Origin: Clostridia bacterium
Lineage (GTDB): Bacteria > Bacillota > Clostridia > Christensenellales > DTU072
DNA length: 64,000 nucleotides
Reading direction: 5' to 3'
Assembly (NCBI GenBank): GCA_028701415.1
Contig: JAQVQU010000001.1
Span: forward strand, 1,905-65,904
How positions within the stretch are numbered: position 1 is the stretch's first letter; each line of letters starts with the position of its first letter. Positions 9,442 through 19,294 of this stretch are shown here, one piece after another. The position numbers were made by a program, and so were the translations under genes. The notes under the pieces were generated by a model, which did not search any database, was not told where the DNA came from, and saw nothing but the letters and a program-made list of their open reading frames with translations.

Positions 9442-9996
9442 ATGGCTAAAACAAAACTTCGTAAAGATGATTACATTATGATTATCTCTGGTAAAGATAA
9501 GGGTAAGACTGCTCAGGTTCTTTCTGTTAATTCAGATAAAAATAGAGTCTTTGTAGAAGGCAATAATTTGTCTTCGGTAAATACTAAAGCAGTAAAAGCA
9601 AGAAAAGCAAGCGAGCAAAGTGGATTGATTAAAAGACCTGGTAGCATTGACATTAGCAACGTATTGCCGGTTTGTTCATCTTGCGGAAAACCTACAAGAA
9701 TTGGGATGCAAGTTGTTGAAGGGAAGAAAGTTCGAGTTTGTAAAAAATGCGGAGCTGTATTGATTACAAAAAAAGCAGCTGCAAAAGCAGCGGCGAAAGC
9801 AACTGTTAGGAAAAAAGTTGCGGTAAAGAAAGTGGAAACTGACTCAGATGCAATCATAAATAATCCCCAAGAAGTAGTATCCGCTCCAGAGCAGATTGCA
9901 GAAGACAATAAAACAAAAACAACCGTAAAAACCAGAAAGAAAATTGAGAAGCCAGCAACCGATTCTGAAAGTAACGGTTCCGCTGAAGATAAATAA
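9442..9996 (+). CDS. rplX: 50S ribosomal protein L24 (uL24) with a CxxC…CxxC motif and a ~75-aa C-terminal tail
   Basis: 184 aa. The N-terminal ~108 aa are the uL24 KOW fold (…[13 protein letters not shown]…). SD AGGAGG. The tail is Lys/Ala-rich then acidic. Confidence 0.93.
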   Translation: MAKTKLRKDDYIMIISGKDKGKTAQVLSVNSDKNRVFVEGNNLSSVNTKAVKARKASEQSGLIKRPGSIDISNVLPVCSSCGKPTRIGMQVVEGKKVRVCKKCGAVLITKKAAAKAAAKATVRKKVAVKKVETDSDAIINNPQEVVSAPEQIAEDNKTKTTVKTRKKIEKPATDSESNGSAEDK

Positions 9997-10007
9997 GGAG
10001 GCGCATA

Positions 10008-10598
10008 ATGGCTAGCAAAAAAGAAGCAGTTGTAAAAGAGGCTCCTGCGCAAAGAGAAGTAAGAAGACTTCAAATCAAATTTAGGGAAGAAATTATCCCT
10101 GCAATGATGAAAAAGTTTGGTTACAAGTCTGTAATGCAAGTGCCAAAACTTGAAAAAATTGTCTTGAATATGCGTTTAGGGGACGTAAAAGAGAATGCGA
10201 AGAGTATGCAACTAGCAATAAAAGAATTAGAAACCATTTCGGGACAAAAAGCAATAGTTACTAAGGCTAAGAAGTCTGTCGCAAACTTTAAGATTAGACA
10301 GGGACAGTCTGTTGCTGCTATGGTTACTCTTAGGGCAGATCGTATGTGGGACTTCTATGATAAATTAGTTTCAATAGCGCTACCCCGTGTTAGAGACTTT
10401 AGGGGAATTTCTCCCAAAGCGTTTGATGGCAGAGGTAACTATGCTCTTGGGATCAAGGAACAACTTATTTTCCCAGAAGTATCATATGATGAAATCGAGC
10501 ATGTTCGTGGATTTGATATAAGTTTTGTAACTACGGCTAAGACAGATGAGGAAGCAAAAGAACTTCTAACCCTTCTTGGGATGCCCTTTGCAAAGTAG
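10008..10598 (+). CDS. rplE: 50S ribosomal protein L5 (uL5)
   Basis: 196 aa uL5 sequence (…[13 protein letters not shown]…) with a ~17-aa N-terminal extension relative to typical sequences. SD AGGAGG. Confidence 0.96.
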   Translation: MASKKEAVVKEAPAQREVRRLQIKFREEIIPAMMKKFGYKSVMQVPKLEKIVLNMRLGDVKENAKSMQLAIKELETISGQKAIVTKAKKSVANFKIRQGQSVAAMVTLRADRMWDFYDKLVSIALPRVRDFRGISPKAFDGRGNYALGIKEQLIFPEVSYDEIEHVRGFDISFVTTAKTDEEAKELLTLLGMPFAK

Positions 10599-10607
10599 GA
10601 GGTAAAT

Positions 10608-10793
10608 ATGGCAAAAAAATCAATGATTAATAAACAACAGAGGAAACAAAAGTTTTCCACTCGTGAGTATACTCGTTGTTCAATATGCGGAAGACCACAT
10701 TCCGTTTTGCGTAAATATGGTATATGCAGAATATGTTTTAGAGAACTTGCTTACAAGGGGCAGATCCCCGGTGTTCGTAAGGCCAGCTGGTAG
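10608..10793 (+). CDS. rpsN: 30S ribosomal protein S14, type Z (zinc-binding)
   Basis: 61 aa with CSICGRP…CRIC (CxxC…CxxC). SD AGGAGG. Confidence 0.96.
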   Translation: MAKKSMINKQQRKQKFSTREYTRCSICGRPHSVLRKYGICRICFRELAYKGQIPGVRKASW

Positions 10794-10804
10794 GAGGTAG
10801 AAAT

Positions 10805-11206
10805 ATGACAATGACAGATCCAATTGCAGATATGCTTACTCGTATAAGAAACGGTTTGGCGGCAAAAAGCCATTTCGTAGATATGCCCTCTAGCAAAATT
10901 AAACAAGCTATTGCAGATATTTTAGTTGATGAAGGTTATTTGGAATCAGCATCGGTTATTCAAACTGAAGGCCAAGTCCAAGATACCTTGCATGTTGTTC
11001 TAAAATATATCAACAAAGAGAAAGCGATTAAAGGACTGAAAAGGATAAGCAAACCTCGCCTGCGTGTTTACGCAAAAGCAACTGCTCTCCCAAAGGTTTT
11101 AGGGGGAATGGGTGTTGCTTTGATCTCAACTTCTAGTGGCGTTATGACGGATAAAAAAGCTAGAGAGATTGGGGCTGGCGGCGAAGTAATAGCTTACATT
11201 TGGTAG
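10805..11206 (+). CDS. rpsH: 30S ribosomal protein S8 (uS8)
   Basis: 133 aa uS8 sequence (…[13 protein letters not shown]…). SD AGGAGG. Confidence 0.97.
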   Translation: MTMTDPIADMLTRIRNGLAAKSHFVDMPSSKIKQAIADILVDEGYLESASVIQTEGQVQDTLHVVLKYINKEKAIKGLKRISKPRLRVYAKATALPKVLGGMGVALISTSSGVMTDKKAREIGAGGEVIAYIW

Positions 11207-11216
11207 GAGGTACAGA

Positions 11217-11765
11217 ATGTCTAGAATAGGTGTAAAGAGCATCAAATTAGGGCCTAATACAACTTTCGATATAAGTGATGAGGGTTTGATTACAGTTAAA
11301 GGCCCAAAGGGAATATTAAAGCAACAAGTTGCAAGCGCAGCCAAGATTGATTTTCAAAATAAAGAGGGATTGTTACACCTTGTTTTGAAGGAAGAGGGAA
11401 TTAAACAAAATGCTATGCATGGTCTCTATCGTTCTCTTGTTGCCAACATGGTCAAGGGGGTTGAAAAGGGTTTTGAAAAAAGACTCATCGTTAACGGTGT
11501 AGGATATAAGGTTGCTATGCAGGGAAAAACTCTTGTAATGAATATAGGGTACAGCAAACCAGTAAATTTTGATACTCCCGAAGGCATTACAATTTCAGTG
11601 GCAGGACCTACGGAGATTGTTGTTGAAGGATGCGATAAAACGATAGTGGGTCAATGTGCTGCAGACATAAAAGCAAAAAGAAAACCCGAGCCATATCATG
11701 GATATGGAATTAGGTACAAAGATGAAGTTATTCTCCGTAAAGAAATTAAAGCTGCGGGTAAATAG
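11217..11765 (+). CDS. rplF: 50S ribosomal protein L6 (uL6)
   Basis: 182 aa uL6 sequence (MSRIG…). SD AGGAGG. Confidence 0.96.
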   Translation: MSRIGVKSIKLGPNTTFDISDEGLITVKGPKGILKQQVASAAKIDFQNKEGLLHLVLKEEGIKQNAMHGLYRSLVANMVKGVEKGFEKRLIVNGVGYKVAMQGKTLVMNIGYSKPVNFDTPEGITISVAGPTEIVVEGCDKTIVGQCAADIKAKRKPEPYHGYGIRYKDEVILRKEIKAAGK

Positions 11766-11773
11766 GAGGACTT

Positions 11774-12142
11774 ATGATTAATAAACCAAATAAGAATGCA
11801 ATAAGGCAGAAACGCCATCTTAGGATTAGAAAGGATATTAATGGCTCAGAAAAATGTCCTCGCCTAAATGTATACAGATCAACTTCTCACATATACGGAC
11901 AGTTGATAGATGATGTGTCCGGAAATACATTGATTTCCGCGAATTCTGTTGAAAAAGAATTATCTGTTCAGCTGAAGGATAAGAACAAGGTTCAGCAGGC
12001 TGCTCTTGTTGGAGAGATATTAGGCAAGAGAGCTATTGAAAAAGGATACAATAAAATAGTATTTGACAGAGGCGGATATCTCTATACAGGTAGAGTTGCA
12101 GCTTTTGCAGACGGCGCAAGAAAAGCCGGACTTAATTTTTAG
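11774..12142 (+). CDS. rplR: 50S ribosomal protein L18 (uL18)
   Basis: 122 aa uL18 sequence (…[18 protein letters not shown]…). SD AGGAGG. Confidence 0.96.
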   Translation: MINKPNKNAIRQKRHLRIRKDINGSEKCPRLNVYRSTSHIYGQLIDDVSGNTLISANSVEKELSVQLKDKNKVQQAALVGEILGKRAIEKGYNKIVFDRGGYLYTGRVAAFADGARKAGLNF

Positions 12143-12153
12143 GAGATTTTGAT

Positions 12154-12675
12154 ATGGCAAGGAATGATAATAGAGAGAGATTTAATAAAGAACCCAAAGA
12201 CGAGTTGATTATGAAGACCGTGGATATTAAACGTGTCGCTAAAGTAGTTAAAGGTGGAAGAAACATGAGATTTTCTGCTCTAGTCGTAGTTGGAGATGGG
12301 CAAGGGCGAGTCGGTTGCGCAGTTGGAAAAGCGAAGGAAGTTCCAGAAGCAATAAAAAAAGCTGAAAAAGCGGCTACTAGCGAAATGTTTTCAATCGCAA
12401 GAAAGGGCTCGACGATTCCTCATGAAGTAATAGGTGTATATGGCAGAGGGAAAGTAATAATGATTCCCGCTGAGCAAGGGGCTGGTGTTATTGCTGGAGG
12501 TCCTGTTCGTGCGGTATTAGAAGCTTGCGGGATAGCAGATATAAGAACAAAATCTATTGGCACTAACAATCCAATCAATTGTGTGAAGGCGACGGTTGAA
12601 GGCTTAAAGAGTTTGCGTACAATTGAACAGGTTGCTGCGCTACGTGGCAAAAAAGTTGAAGAGATCTTGGGCTAG
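12154..12675 (+). CDS. rpsE: 30S ribosomal protein S5 (uS5)
   Basis: 173 aa uS5 sequence (…[22 protein letters not shown]…). SD AGGAGA. Confidence 0.97.
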   Translation: MARNDNRERFNKEPKDELIMKTVDIKRVAKVVKGGRNMRFSALVVVGDGQGRVGCAVGKAKEVPEAIKKAEKAATSEMFSIARKGSTIPHEVIGVYGRGKVIMIPAEQGAGVIAGGPVRAVLEACGIADIRTKSIGTNNPINCVKATVEGLKSLRTIEQVAALRGKKVEEILG

Positions 12676-12686
12676 GGAGGTAAGAG

Positions 12687-12869
12687 ATGTCGCAAATTAA
12701 AGTAACTTTAATGAAGAGCACAATTGGATGTTTGAAGAACCAAATTGATACTGTTACGGCTCTTGGACTTCATAAAATTGGTCAATTTAAGATTCACGAA
12801 GATAATGAAGTAATTAGAGGCATGATTTTTAAAGTAAAACACATGGTTCAGGTGGAAGAAGTAAAATAA
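12687..12869 (+). CDS. rpmD: 50S ribosomal protein L30 (uL30)
   Basis: 60 aa uL30. SD GGGAGG. Canonical position after rpsE. Confidence 0.93.
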   Translation: MSQIKVTLMKSTIGCLKNQIDTVTALGLHKIGQFKIHEDNEVIRGMIFKVKHMVQVEEVK

Positions 12870-12882
12870 ATAGGAGAATATT

Positions 12883-13326
12883 ATGAAATTACATACAATT
12901 GCTCCTGCGGATGGCGCAGTGAAATCTTCTAAAAGAATAGGAAGAGGTATAGGTTCAGGGCACGGAAAGACAAGCACAAAGGGACACAAGGGACAATGGG
13001 CCAGAAGTGGTGGTGGAGTTCGTCCTGGGTTTGAGGGAGGACAAATGCCCTTGACGAGACGTATCCCTAAAAGAGGCTTTAACAACCAGTTTTCAGTTGA
13101 ATATAGTATTGTTAACTTGGGTGATCTAAATGTTTTTGAAGAAGGGACCCTAATAAATTCTGAGATCTTACTGGATAAAGGAATTATAGGTAAATTATCG
13201 GTATCAGGAGTTAAAGTTCTTGGAGATGGAGAGTTAACTAAGCCACTTACAATTCAAGCCGCAAAATTTTCAAAATCAGCTTTAGAAAAGATTGAAAAGG
13301 CGGGCGGAAAAGCAGAGGTACTTTGA
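12883..13326 (+). CDS. rplO: 50S ribosomal protein L15 (uL15)
   Basis: 147 aa uL15 sequence (…[19 protein letters not shown]…). SD AGGAGA. Confidence 0.97.
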   Translation: MKLHTIAPADGAVKSSKRIGRGIGSGHGKTSTKGHKGQWARSGGGVRPGFEGGQMPLTRRIPKRGFNNQFSVEYSIVNLGDLNVFEEGTLINSEILLDKGIIGKLSVSGVKVLGDGELTKPLTIQAAKFSKSALEKIEKAGGKAEVL

Positions 13327-14669
13327 TGTTTAGAACTATTATAAACGCTTTTAAAGACAAAGAAATAAGAAAGAAGATTCTTTTTACTCTTGCTCTTTTA
13401 TTAATGTATAGGATTGGTTGTTTTGTCCCGATTCCTGGTTTGGATGTCCAGGCTATGGGTTTGACAACGATAGCTAACAATGATTTTCTACAATTATTAT
13501 CAACTGTTACTGGTTCAGCTTTCTCCAATGGTACAATTTTTGCGTTAGGAATAGTTCCTTTTATTAATTCTTACATTATTATGGAGCTTCTTACCTTAAT
13601 AATCCCTAAGCTTGGGAAACTTGCTAAGGAAGGAGAGGACGGAAGAAAAAAAATTACGCAATACACTAGGTATTTGGCAATTCTGTTAGCTTTGGTACAG
13701 GCTATAGGGATTATGTTCGTATGGAGAGAGTATATAAGCCCAGTATTTGGAACAACACCTGATGTTGCTGCTAATAGTGTCAATGAGATTTTTACAATGA
13801 TTTGTATAGTGGTTATACTAGTAGGCGGGTCTTCATTAGTTATGTGGATTGGCGAGAGAATAACTGAATATGGTGTTGGCAATGGCACATCTTTGATAAT
13901 TTTCATAGGTATTGTTTCTTCCTTGGGTTCTACCATATTAAACGCATTCATTACTATACCACAGCAGGTTCAAAGTGGTAATAGCACTGGAATTTGGTAT
14001 TTACTAGGCTTCTTTGCTATAATATTCCTCTTGATTTTAGCTATCGTATATGTTGATATGTCAGAAAGAAGAATAGGGGTAATTTACTCTGGTGGCAGAA
14101 TAGTAGGTAATAGGCAAACACAGTCTCAAACCACATACATACCCTTGAAAGTTAGCGCGGGTGGAGTTATGCCTATAATTTTTGCGTCATCCCTAATTAT
14201 GTTTCCTCAAATGATTATTCAATTCGGGGGATGGAGTACTTCTAAATTTGGATTATTTTGGTCAGAATGGATGGGTACAAACGGAAATTTATATGCTCCA
14301 TTTATGTTTTTGCTTATTATATTCTTTGCGTATTTTTATGCTCAAATTCAATTTGATCCTGATGATGTTGCTAAGAATCTAAAAGAGAGAGGAGGTACTC
14401 TTGTCGGCGGCATTTCTCCTGGGAAACCCACTTCAGAGTATCTAAGACGTATAAATCACAGACTTACGCTTTTCGGAGCATTATTCTTAGCTACAGTAGC
14501 TTTAGTTCCTACTTTGATTTTGCAACAAGTGGATGGTTTTTCTGATCTCGGCTTTGGACAAGCCTTCTCAGCAACAGGTTTATTGATCGTTGTTTCAGTC
14601 GCTCTGGAATTTGATAAACAGTTACAAGGACAGTTACTAGTTAAAAATAATAAAGGATTTTTGAAATAA
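13326..14669 (+). CDS. secY: preprotein translocase subunit SecY
   Basis: Multi-TM SecY sequence. I prefer the ATG at 13326, which overlaps the rplO stop (TGATG), over the in-frame TTG at 13323 given by the ORF track. Confidence 0.96.
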   Translation: MFRTIINAFKDKEIRKKILFTLALLLMYRIGCFVPIPGLDVQAMGLTTIANNDFLQLLSTVTGSAFSNGTIFALGIVPFINSYIIMELLTLIIPKLGKLAKEGEDGRKKITQYTRYLAILLALVQAIGIMFVWREYISPVFGTTPDVAANSVNEIFTMICIVVILVGGSSLVMWIGERITEYGVGNGTSLIIFIGIVSSLGSTILNAFITIPQQVQSGNSTGIWYLLGFFAIIFLLILAIVYVDMSERRIGVIYSGGRIVGNRQTQSQTTYIPLKVSAGGVMPIIFASSLIMFPQMIIQFGGWSTSKFGLFWSEWMGTNGNLYAPFMFLLIIFFAYFYAQIQFDPDDVAKNLKERGGTLVGGISPGKPTSEYLRRINHRLTLFGALFLATVALVPTLILQQVDGFSDLGFGQAFSATGLLIVVSVALEFDKQLQGQLLVKNNKGFLK

Positions 14670-15295
14670 TGAACATTGTATTATTAGGTGCACCAGGTGC
14701 AGGAAAAGGTTCTCAGGCTGTAGTTATGTCGGCACACTATGGTATCCCTCACATCTCAACGGGGGATGTCTTAAGAGCGAATATAAAGAATCAAACTGAA
14801 ATTGGTAAGCATGCCAAACAATTTATTGAAAAAGGATTGCTTGTTCCTGATGAAGTTGTTGACAAAATTGTTGCGGAGAGAATTTTACAAGAGGATTGTA
14901 AGAAAGGCTTTATATTAGACGGTTATCCAAGAACTATCAACCAAGCTGAATCTTTATCGAGAATAGCAAAGTTAGATTATGTGATAGTAATAGATGTTGA
15001 TTATTCTGTAATAGTTAAGAGAATATCTGGTAGAAGAATGTGCAGCTGTGGAGCAACATACAATACTAGCACTTACGATAGAGAAGAATGTGCTGCTTGT
15101 GGAAAAAAATTATTTATCAGAGATGATGATAAAGAAGAAACAGTATTAAAGAGACTAGAGGTATATGAAAAAAACACAGCGCCGCTTCTAGACTATTATA
15201 AAAAGAAAGGGTTGATTCTCAAGATAGACGGAAGCGAAACCGTGGAAAAGACATTTGAAAACGTAATAAAGGCACTTAATAATGCTGACAATTAA
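14669..15295 (+). CDS. adk: adenylate kinase
   Basis: 208 aa with a P-loop (GAPGAGKGS) and a Cys-containing lid (CSCG…CAACG). Start overlaps the secY stop. Confidence 0.97.
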   Translation: MNIVLLGAPGAGKGSQAVVMSAHYGIPHISTGDVLRANIKNQTEIGKHAKQFIEKGLLVPDEVVDKIVAERILQEDCKKGFILDGYPRTINQAESLSRIAKLDYVIVIDVDYSVIVKRISGRRMCSCGATYNTSTYDREECAACGKKLFIRDDDKEETVLKRLEVYEKNTAPLLDYYKKKGLILKIDGSETVEKTFENVIKALNNADN

Positions 15296-16025
15296 GAGCG
15301 ATCATGAAATAGAACTCATGCGAAAAGCAGGGGCTATTGTTAGAGATGTTCTTGAAATAGTTGGAAGTTATGCAAAGCCAGGTGTAACAACAAGAAAGTT
15401 GGATGCTATTGCATATGACTACATAAAAAAGTGTGGGGCTTATCCCTCTTTCCTGGGATATGGAGGCTTTCCAAGTTCTATATGTACTTCTATAGACGAG
15501 GAGATAGTTCATGGGATTCCATCAGGAAGAGTGATAGAAGAGGGTTGCCTATTGAAAATAGATGCTGGAGCTTGCCTTAATGGTTTCCATGCGGATGCTG
15601 CAAGAACTTTCTTAGTAGGTTATGTTTCCGAGGAAAAGAAATTGCTAGCAAGAGTTTGCGAAGAAAGTTTCTTTAAAGGAATTTCTATCTTAAAAGATGG
15701 GGTTAGATTGGGTGATCTAGGAAACTGTATTCAAACCTTTGTAGAAGAAAAAGGATATAGTGTTGTAAGAGAACTAGTAGGCCATGGAATTGGTAGAGAA
15801 CTGCATGAAGACCCGAGTGTTCCTAATTATGGAATAATGGGCAGAGGATTGAGACTAGCAAAAAACATGACAATAGCTATAGAACCGATGATTAATTATG
15901 GGACTAGAAAAGTTCAAATACTAGAAGATAACTGGACAGTTGTTACATTGGACGGAAAACCATCTGCTCATTATGAGAATACTGTCGTTATTAAAGATGA
16001 AGGCGTCGAGATATTGACATTGTAA
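15282..16025 (+). CDS. map: type I methionine aminopeptidase
   Basis: 247 aa MetAP sequence (…IKSDHEIELMRKAG…, …GHGIGRELHE…). Confidence 0.96.
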   Translation: MLTIKSDHEIELMRKAGAIVRDVLEIVGSYAKPGVTTRKLDAIAYDYIKKCGAYPSFLGYGGFPSSICTSIDEEIVHGIPSGRVIEEGCLLKIDAGACLNGFHADAARTFLVGYVSEEKKLLARVCEESFFKGISILKDGVRLGDLGNCIQTFVEEKGYSVVRELVGHGIGRELHEDPSVPNYGIMGRGLRLAKNMTIAIEPMINYGTRKVQILEDNWTVVTLDGKPSAHYENTVVIKDEGVEILTL

Positions 16026-16030
16026 AAAAA

Positions 16031-16312
16031 ATGAAAACAGTAAAGTCTTTGGAATTAGGTGAAATTGTATTTTCTATAGCAGGTAGAGATAGTGGCCGCT
16101 TTTACTTGGTTGTTGAAATTATAGATGACAACTTTGTGTCTATTGCTGACGGGGATTTGAGAAGAATTGATTCGCCTAAAAGAAAGAAGATTAAGCACCT
16201 TAAAACAGAGGGAATAATAATAGAAAAAATAAAAGAAAAATTAGAGCTTGAAAAGAAAATATTTGATGCAGAAATAAAAAGTGCTTTAAGATCTTTTAAT
16301 GGCTCAATATAG
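16031..16312 (+). CDS. KOW-domain-like small protein found between map and infA
   Basis: 93-aa ORF (…GEIVFSIAGRDSGRFYLVV…). A gene of this kind sits here in many Clostridia-type spc operons. Confidence 0.65.
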   Translation: MKTVKSLELGEIVFSIAGRDSGRFYLVVEIIDDNFVSIADGDLRRIDSPKRKKIKHLKTEGIIIEKIKEKLELEKKIFDAEIKSALRSFNGSI

Positions 16313-16326
16313 ATAGGAGATAATAA

Positions 16327-16548
16327 ATGCCAAAGGAAACTCAAATAGAGGAAGAAGGAACGGTAGTTGAGGTTTTGCCAGGTACCAAATTTAAGGTTGA
16401 ACTTAAAAGCGGTCGAGTGGTATTGGCCTATCTCGCTGGGAAGATGAGGCAACACTTTGTAAAAGTGTGTCAAGGAGATAGTGTTAGAGTTGCTTTTAGT
16501 CAGTATGATTTTACACAAGGAAGGATTATATACAGGAATAAAAACTAG
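16327..16548 (+). CDS. infA: translation initiation factor IF-1
   Basis: 73 aa S1-like IF-1 sequence (…EGTVVEVLPGTKFKVEL…GRIIYR…). SD AGGAGA. Confidence 0.96.
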   Translation: MPKETQIEEEGTVVEVLPGTKFKVELKSGRVVLAYLAGKMRQHFVKVCQGDSVRVAFSQYDFTQGRIIYRNKN

Positions 16549-16560
16549 GGAGGTAATGAT

Positions 16561-16677
16561 ATGAAAGTTAGACCATCAGTTAAACCTATTTGCGATAAAT
16601 GCAAAGTAATTAAGAGAGACGGAAAAGTAATGGTTATTTGCTCAAAATATCCAAAACATAAGCAAGTTCAGGGTTAA
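16561..16677 (+). CDS. rpmJ: 50S ribosomal protein L36 (bL36)
   Basis: Not in the ORF track because it is under 60 aa. ATG at 16561 follows SD GGGAGG. It translates to [38 protein letters not shown], with a stop at 16675-16677. Confidence 0.93.
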   Translation: MKVRPSVKPICDKCKVIKRDGKVMVICSKYPKHKQVQG

Positions 16678-16705
16678 TTATCGATAAAGTGTATTTTCAT
16701 TTTAA

Positions 16706-16735
16706 TTGCTACTTTTTTGATAATTATGTTATACT
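16706..16735 (+). promoter_or_regulatory. internal sigma-A-type promoter for the alpha operon (rpsM-rpsK-rpsD-rpoA-rplQ)
   Basis: TTGCTA (16706-16711), 18-nt spacer, TATACT (16730-16735) preceded by TGt. Confidence 0.5.
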
Positions 16736-16772
16736 TTCGCAGTTAGTCTAAATACATAAAATACGAAAACAA

Positions 16773-16820
16773 TTTTTCAGGGCGGCTGAGCCCAAATGAT
16801 GAAGGGTTTCACCTGAAAAA
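16773..16820 (+). promoter_or_regulatory. structured 5' leader of rpsM (possible S4-type autoregulatory element)
   Basis: A perfect 9-bp stem, TTTTTCAGG (16773-16781) / CCTGAAAAA (16812-16820), encloses 30 nt. Those 30 nt contain further GGGC/GCCC and CCC/GGG complementarity. Confidence 0.4.
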
Positions 16821-16863
16821 CAAATATATATAATAGGAAAAACAAAAAAATGGAGGTTACCAA

Positions 16864-17241
16864 ATGGCTCGTATTGCAGGTGTGGATTTGCCCCGTGAGA
16901 AGAGAGTTGAGATAGGATTGACCTATATCTATGGAATCGGAAGAGTTACCGCTAATCAGATACTTGATATCTGTAAAGTTAACCCTGATACCAGAGTAAA
17001 AGATTTGTCGGAAGATGATGTGGTTAAAATTCGTTCATACATTGAAAATAATTTTCGTGTTGAAGGAACTCTCAGAAACGAAATAAGTCAAAATATTAAG
17101 AGATTACAAGACATAGGCTGTTATCGTGGTGTAAGGCATAGAAAGGGATTGCCAGTTAGAGGTCAATCTACAAAAACAAACGCTCGTACTCGAAAAGGAC
17201 CGAAACGTACAGTTGGTCGCGCAAAGAAAGCAGTCAAATAA
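16864..17241 (+). CDS. rpsM: 30S ribosomal protein S13 (uS13)
   Basis: 125 aa uS13 sequence ([14 protein letters not shown]…). SD GGAGG. Confidence 0.97.
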   Translation: MARIAGVDLPREKRVEIGLTYIYGIGRVTANQILDICKVNPDTRVKDLSEDDVVKIRSYIENNFRVEGTLRNEISQNIKRLQDIGCYRGVRHRKGLPVRGQSTKTNARTRKGPKRTVGRAKKAVK

Positions 17242-17268
17242 TAGTCTATAATTAGGAGGCATAATTTT

Positions 17269-17664
17269 ATGGCAACGGTAAAAAGATCAGCTATAAAAAG
17301 AAGAAAAGATTTAAAAAATATTGAGAAGGGGCAAGCTCATGTGCATGCGTCTTTCAATAATACTATAGTGACAATTACAGATATGAACGGTGGAACCATA
17401 AGTTGGTCTTCCTCGGGAAAATTGGGCATGAAGGGTAGCCGTAAGGCAACACCATACGCAGCTCAAATGGTTGCAGAGGATGCAGCAAAAGCGGCGAAGG
17501 AACATGGGCTTCGTACAGTTGAAGTGTACATCAAAGGTCCTGGACAAGGTCGTGAATCGGCAATTAGGGCATTCGAAAAATGTGACTTGTTGGTAACCAT
17601 GATTAGAGACGTGTCCCCAATTCCTCATAATGGTTGTCGCCCCCCAAAAGTCAGAAGGTTGTAA
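17269..17664 (+). CDS. rpsK: 30S ribosomal protein S11 (uS11)
   Basis: 131 aa uS11 sequence (…[15 protein letters not shown]…). SD AGGAGG. Confidence 0.97.
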   Translation: MATVKRSAIKRRKDLKNIEKGQAHVHASFNNTIVTITDMNGGTISWSSSGKLGMKGSRKATPYAAQMVAEDAAKAAKEHGLRTVEVYIKGPGQGRESAIRAFEKCDLLVTMIRDVSPIPHNGCRPPKVRRL

Positions 17665-17682
17665 TTCAGGAGGTTATTTAAT

Positions 17683-18306
17683 ATGGCAAAATATACAGGT
17701 CCTGTCTGTAAATTATGCAGACGCGAAGGGATAAAATTATTTTTAAAAGGAGAGAGATGTCTTGGGAGCAACTGCTCTTTTAACAAGAACCCCGTCCCTC
17801 CCGGACAACACGGAGCTTCTAGAAAAAAAGCTACCGCTTATAGTATTCAGCTAAGAGAAAAACAAAAGACAAAGAGGACATACGGATTAATGGAAGGTCA
17901 GTTTCATAGTTACTATGAAAAGGCTACAAACTTACGTGGTGTTACTGGCGAATTGATGTTAATTTTAATAGAAAGAAGGTTAGATAATGTTGTTTATCGT
18001 ATGGGAATAGCATCAAGCAGAGCTCAGTCAAGACAACTTGTTGGACATGGCCACGTTTGCGTTAATGGAGATAAAGTAAATATACCATCTTATTTAGTGA
18101 AAGCTGGCGATGTTGTTTCTATTAGAGAAAGCAAACAGGACAAACCGTTCTTCAAGGATCTGAAGTCGCAAAAAGTATCAAATTTGCCAAAATGGCTCTC
18201 TTTTGATCCTGCTACTTTAACTGGAAAAGTTGAAGCTTTGCCAGAAAGAGCTGATATTGATGTTCAAGTATCTGAACATATGATAGTTGAGTTATACTCG
18301 AAATAA
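17683..18306 (+). CDS. rpsD: 30S ribosomal protein S4 (uS4)
   Basis: 207 aa uS4 sequence ([16 protein letters not shown]…). SD AGGAGG. Confidence 0.97.
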   Translation: MAKYTGPVCKLCRREGIKLFLKGERCLGSNCSFNKNPVPPGQHGASRKKATAYSIQLREKQKTKRTYGLMEGQFHSYYEKATNLRGVTGELMLILIERRLDNVVYRMGIASSRAQSRQLVGHGHVCVNGDKVNIPSYLVKAGDVVSIRESKQDKPFFKDLKSQKVSNLPKWLSFDPATLTGKVEALPERADIDVQVSEHMIVELYSK

Positions 18307-18326
18307 TTCTTGGAGGGAACATAATT

Positions 18327-19283
18327 ATGATGGAAGTAAGAAAACCTAAAATACTAGTTGAAGATAATGCAGATGGGTCTGAGGCAGTTTTTACTGTAGA
18401 ACCCCTTGAGCGTGGCAACGGTATAACTTTAGGCAACAGTTTAAGACGCGTATTGAGTACAGCCTTGCCTGGAGTAGCAATTATAGGAATAAAGATCCAG
18501 GGTGTCCCTCACGAGTATTCTACTATAGATGGTGTTCGTGAAGATGTAATGGAAATCATTCTAAATTTAAAGGAAGTTGCTATTAAGGTATCTGATCCTG
18601 AGAAATTTGAGACTATAACAGTAAGGTTGGCAAAAAGCGGTTTAGGGGTTGTGAAAGCGGCGGATATTCATGTCCCGGCTGGAGTGGAAATTTCTAATAA
18701 AGATGCTTATATTTGTTCTCTGGAAGAAAATGCTTCCATTGACATAGATTTAACAATAGGAGCGGGCAGAGGCTATAAGTCTGCTCAAGATAATAAGAAC
18801 ACTAAATCTGCAATTGGGTATATTCCGATTGATAGTTTGTTTTCGCCTGTCAAATCAGTAAGTTATGAAGTTAGTAGCACTCGTGTTGAACAATCAATAG
18901 ACTATGACAAACTGAAAGTAAAAGTAAAAACTAACGGAGCCGTTACTGCTAGAGAGATATTATCTCTTGCTGCAAAATTGCTTAACGAGCATTTGTCATT
19001 ATTTATTAATCTTGTTGATGGAATGGATACAACACATATTTTCATAGATGGTCCTGATGATCAACCCATCAAACAACCAGGGGGAAACAGTATTGAAGAT
19101 TTGGAACTATCTGTTAGGCCTTTAAATTGTTTGAAACGTGCTGGTATTTTTACAATAGAGGATCTTCTAAAATTGACAGAGGATGATATGCTAAAAGTAA
19201 AAAATCTCGGGAAAAAATCTCTAGAGGAAGTTATGGACAAACTGTCTTCAATGGGATACACCCTTAGGACAAAGGAAGATTAA
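18327..19283 (+). CDS. rpoA: DNA-directed RNA polymerase subunit alpha
   Basis: 318 aa with RpoA N-terminal and C-terminal domains (…LELSVRPLNCLKRAGI…). SD GGAGGG. Confidence 0.97.
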   Translation: MMEVRKPKILVEDNADGSEAVFTVEPLERGNGITLGNSLRRVLSTALPGVAIIGIKIQGVPHEYSTIDGVREDVMEIILNLKEVAIKVSDPEKFETITVRLAKSGLGVVKAADIHVPAGVEISNKDAYICSLEENASIDIDLTIGAGRGYKSAQDNKNTKSAIGYIPIDSLFSPVKSVSYEVSSTRVEQSIDYDKLKVKVKTNGAVTAREILSLAAKLLNEHLSLFINLVDGMDTTHIFIDGPDDQPIKQPGGNSIEDLELSVRPLNCLKRAGIFTIEDLLKLTEDDMLKVKNLGKKSLEEVMDKLSSMGYTLRTKED

Positions 19284-19294
19284 GGAGAAACAAA

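Noticed and set aside
9513-10139. 208-aa minus-strand ORF.
   Set aside because: It is antisense to rplX/rplE, lacks an SD, and has a low-complexity translation. It is explained by the codon periodicity of the highly expressed sense genes.
12708-13085. 125-aa minus-strand ORF.
   Set aside because: It is antisense to rpmD/rplO and is spurious.
16102-16518. 138-aa minus-strand ORF.
   Set aside because: It is antisense to the KOW-protein gene and infA and is spurious.
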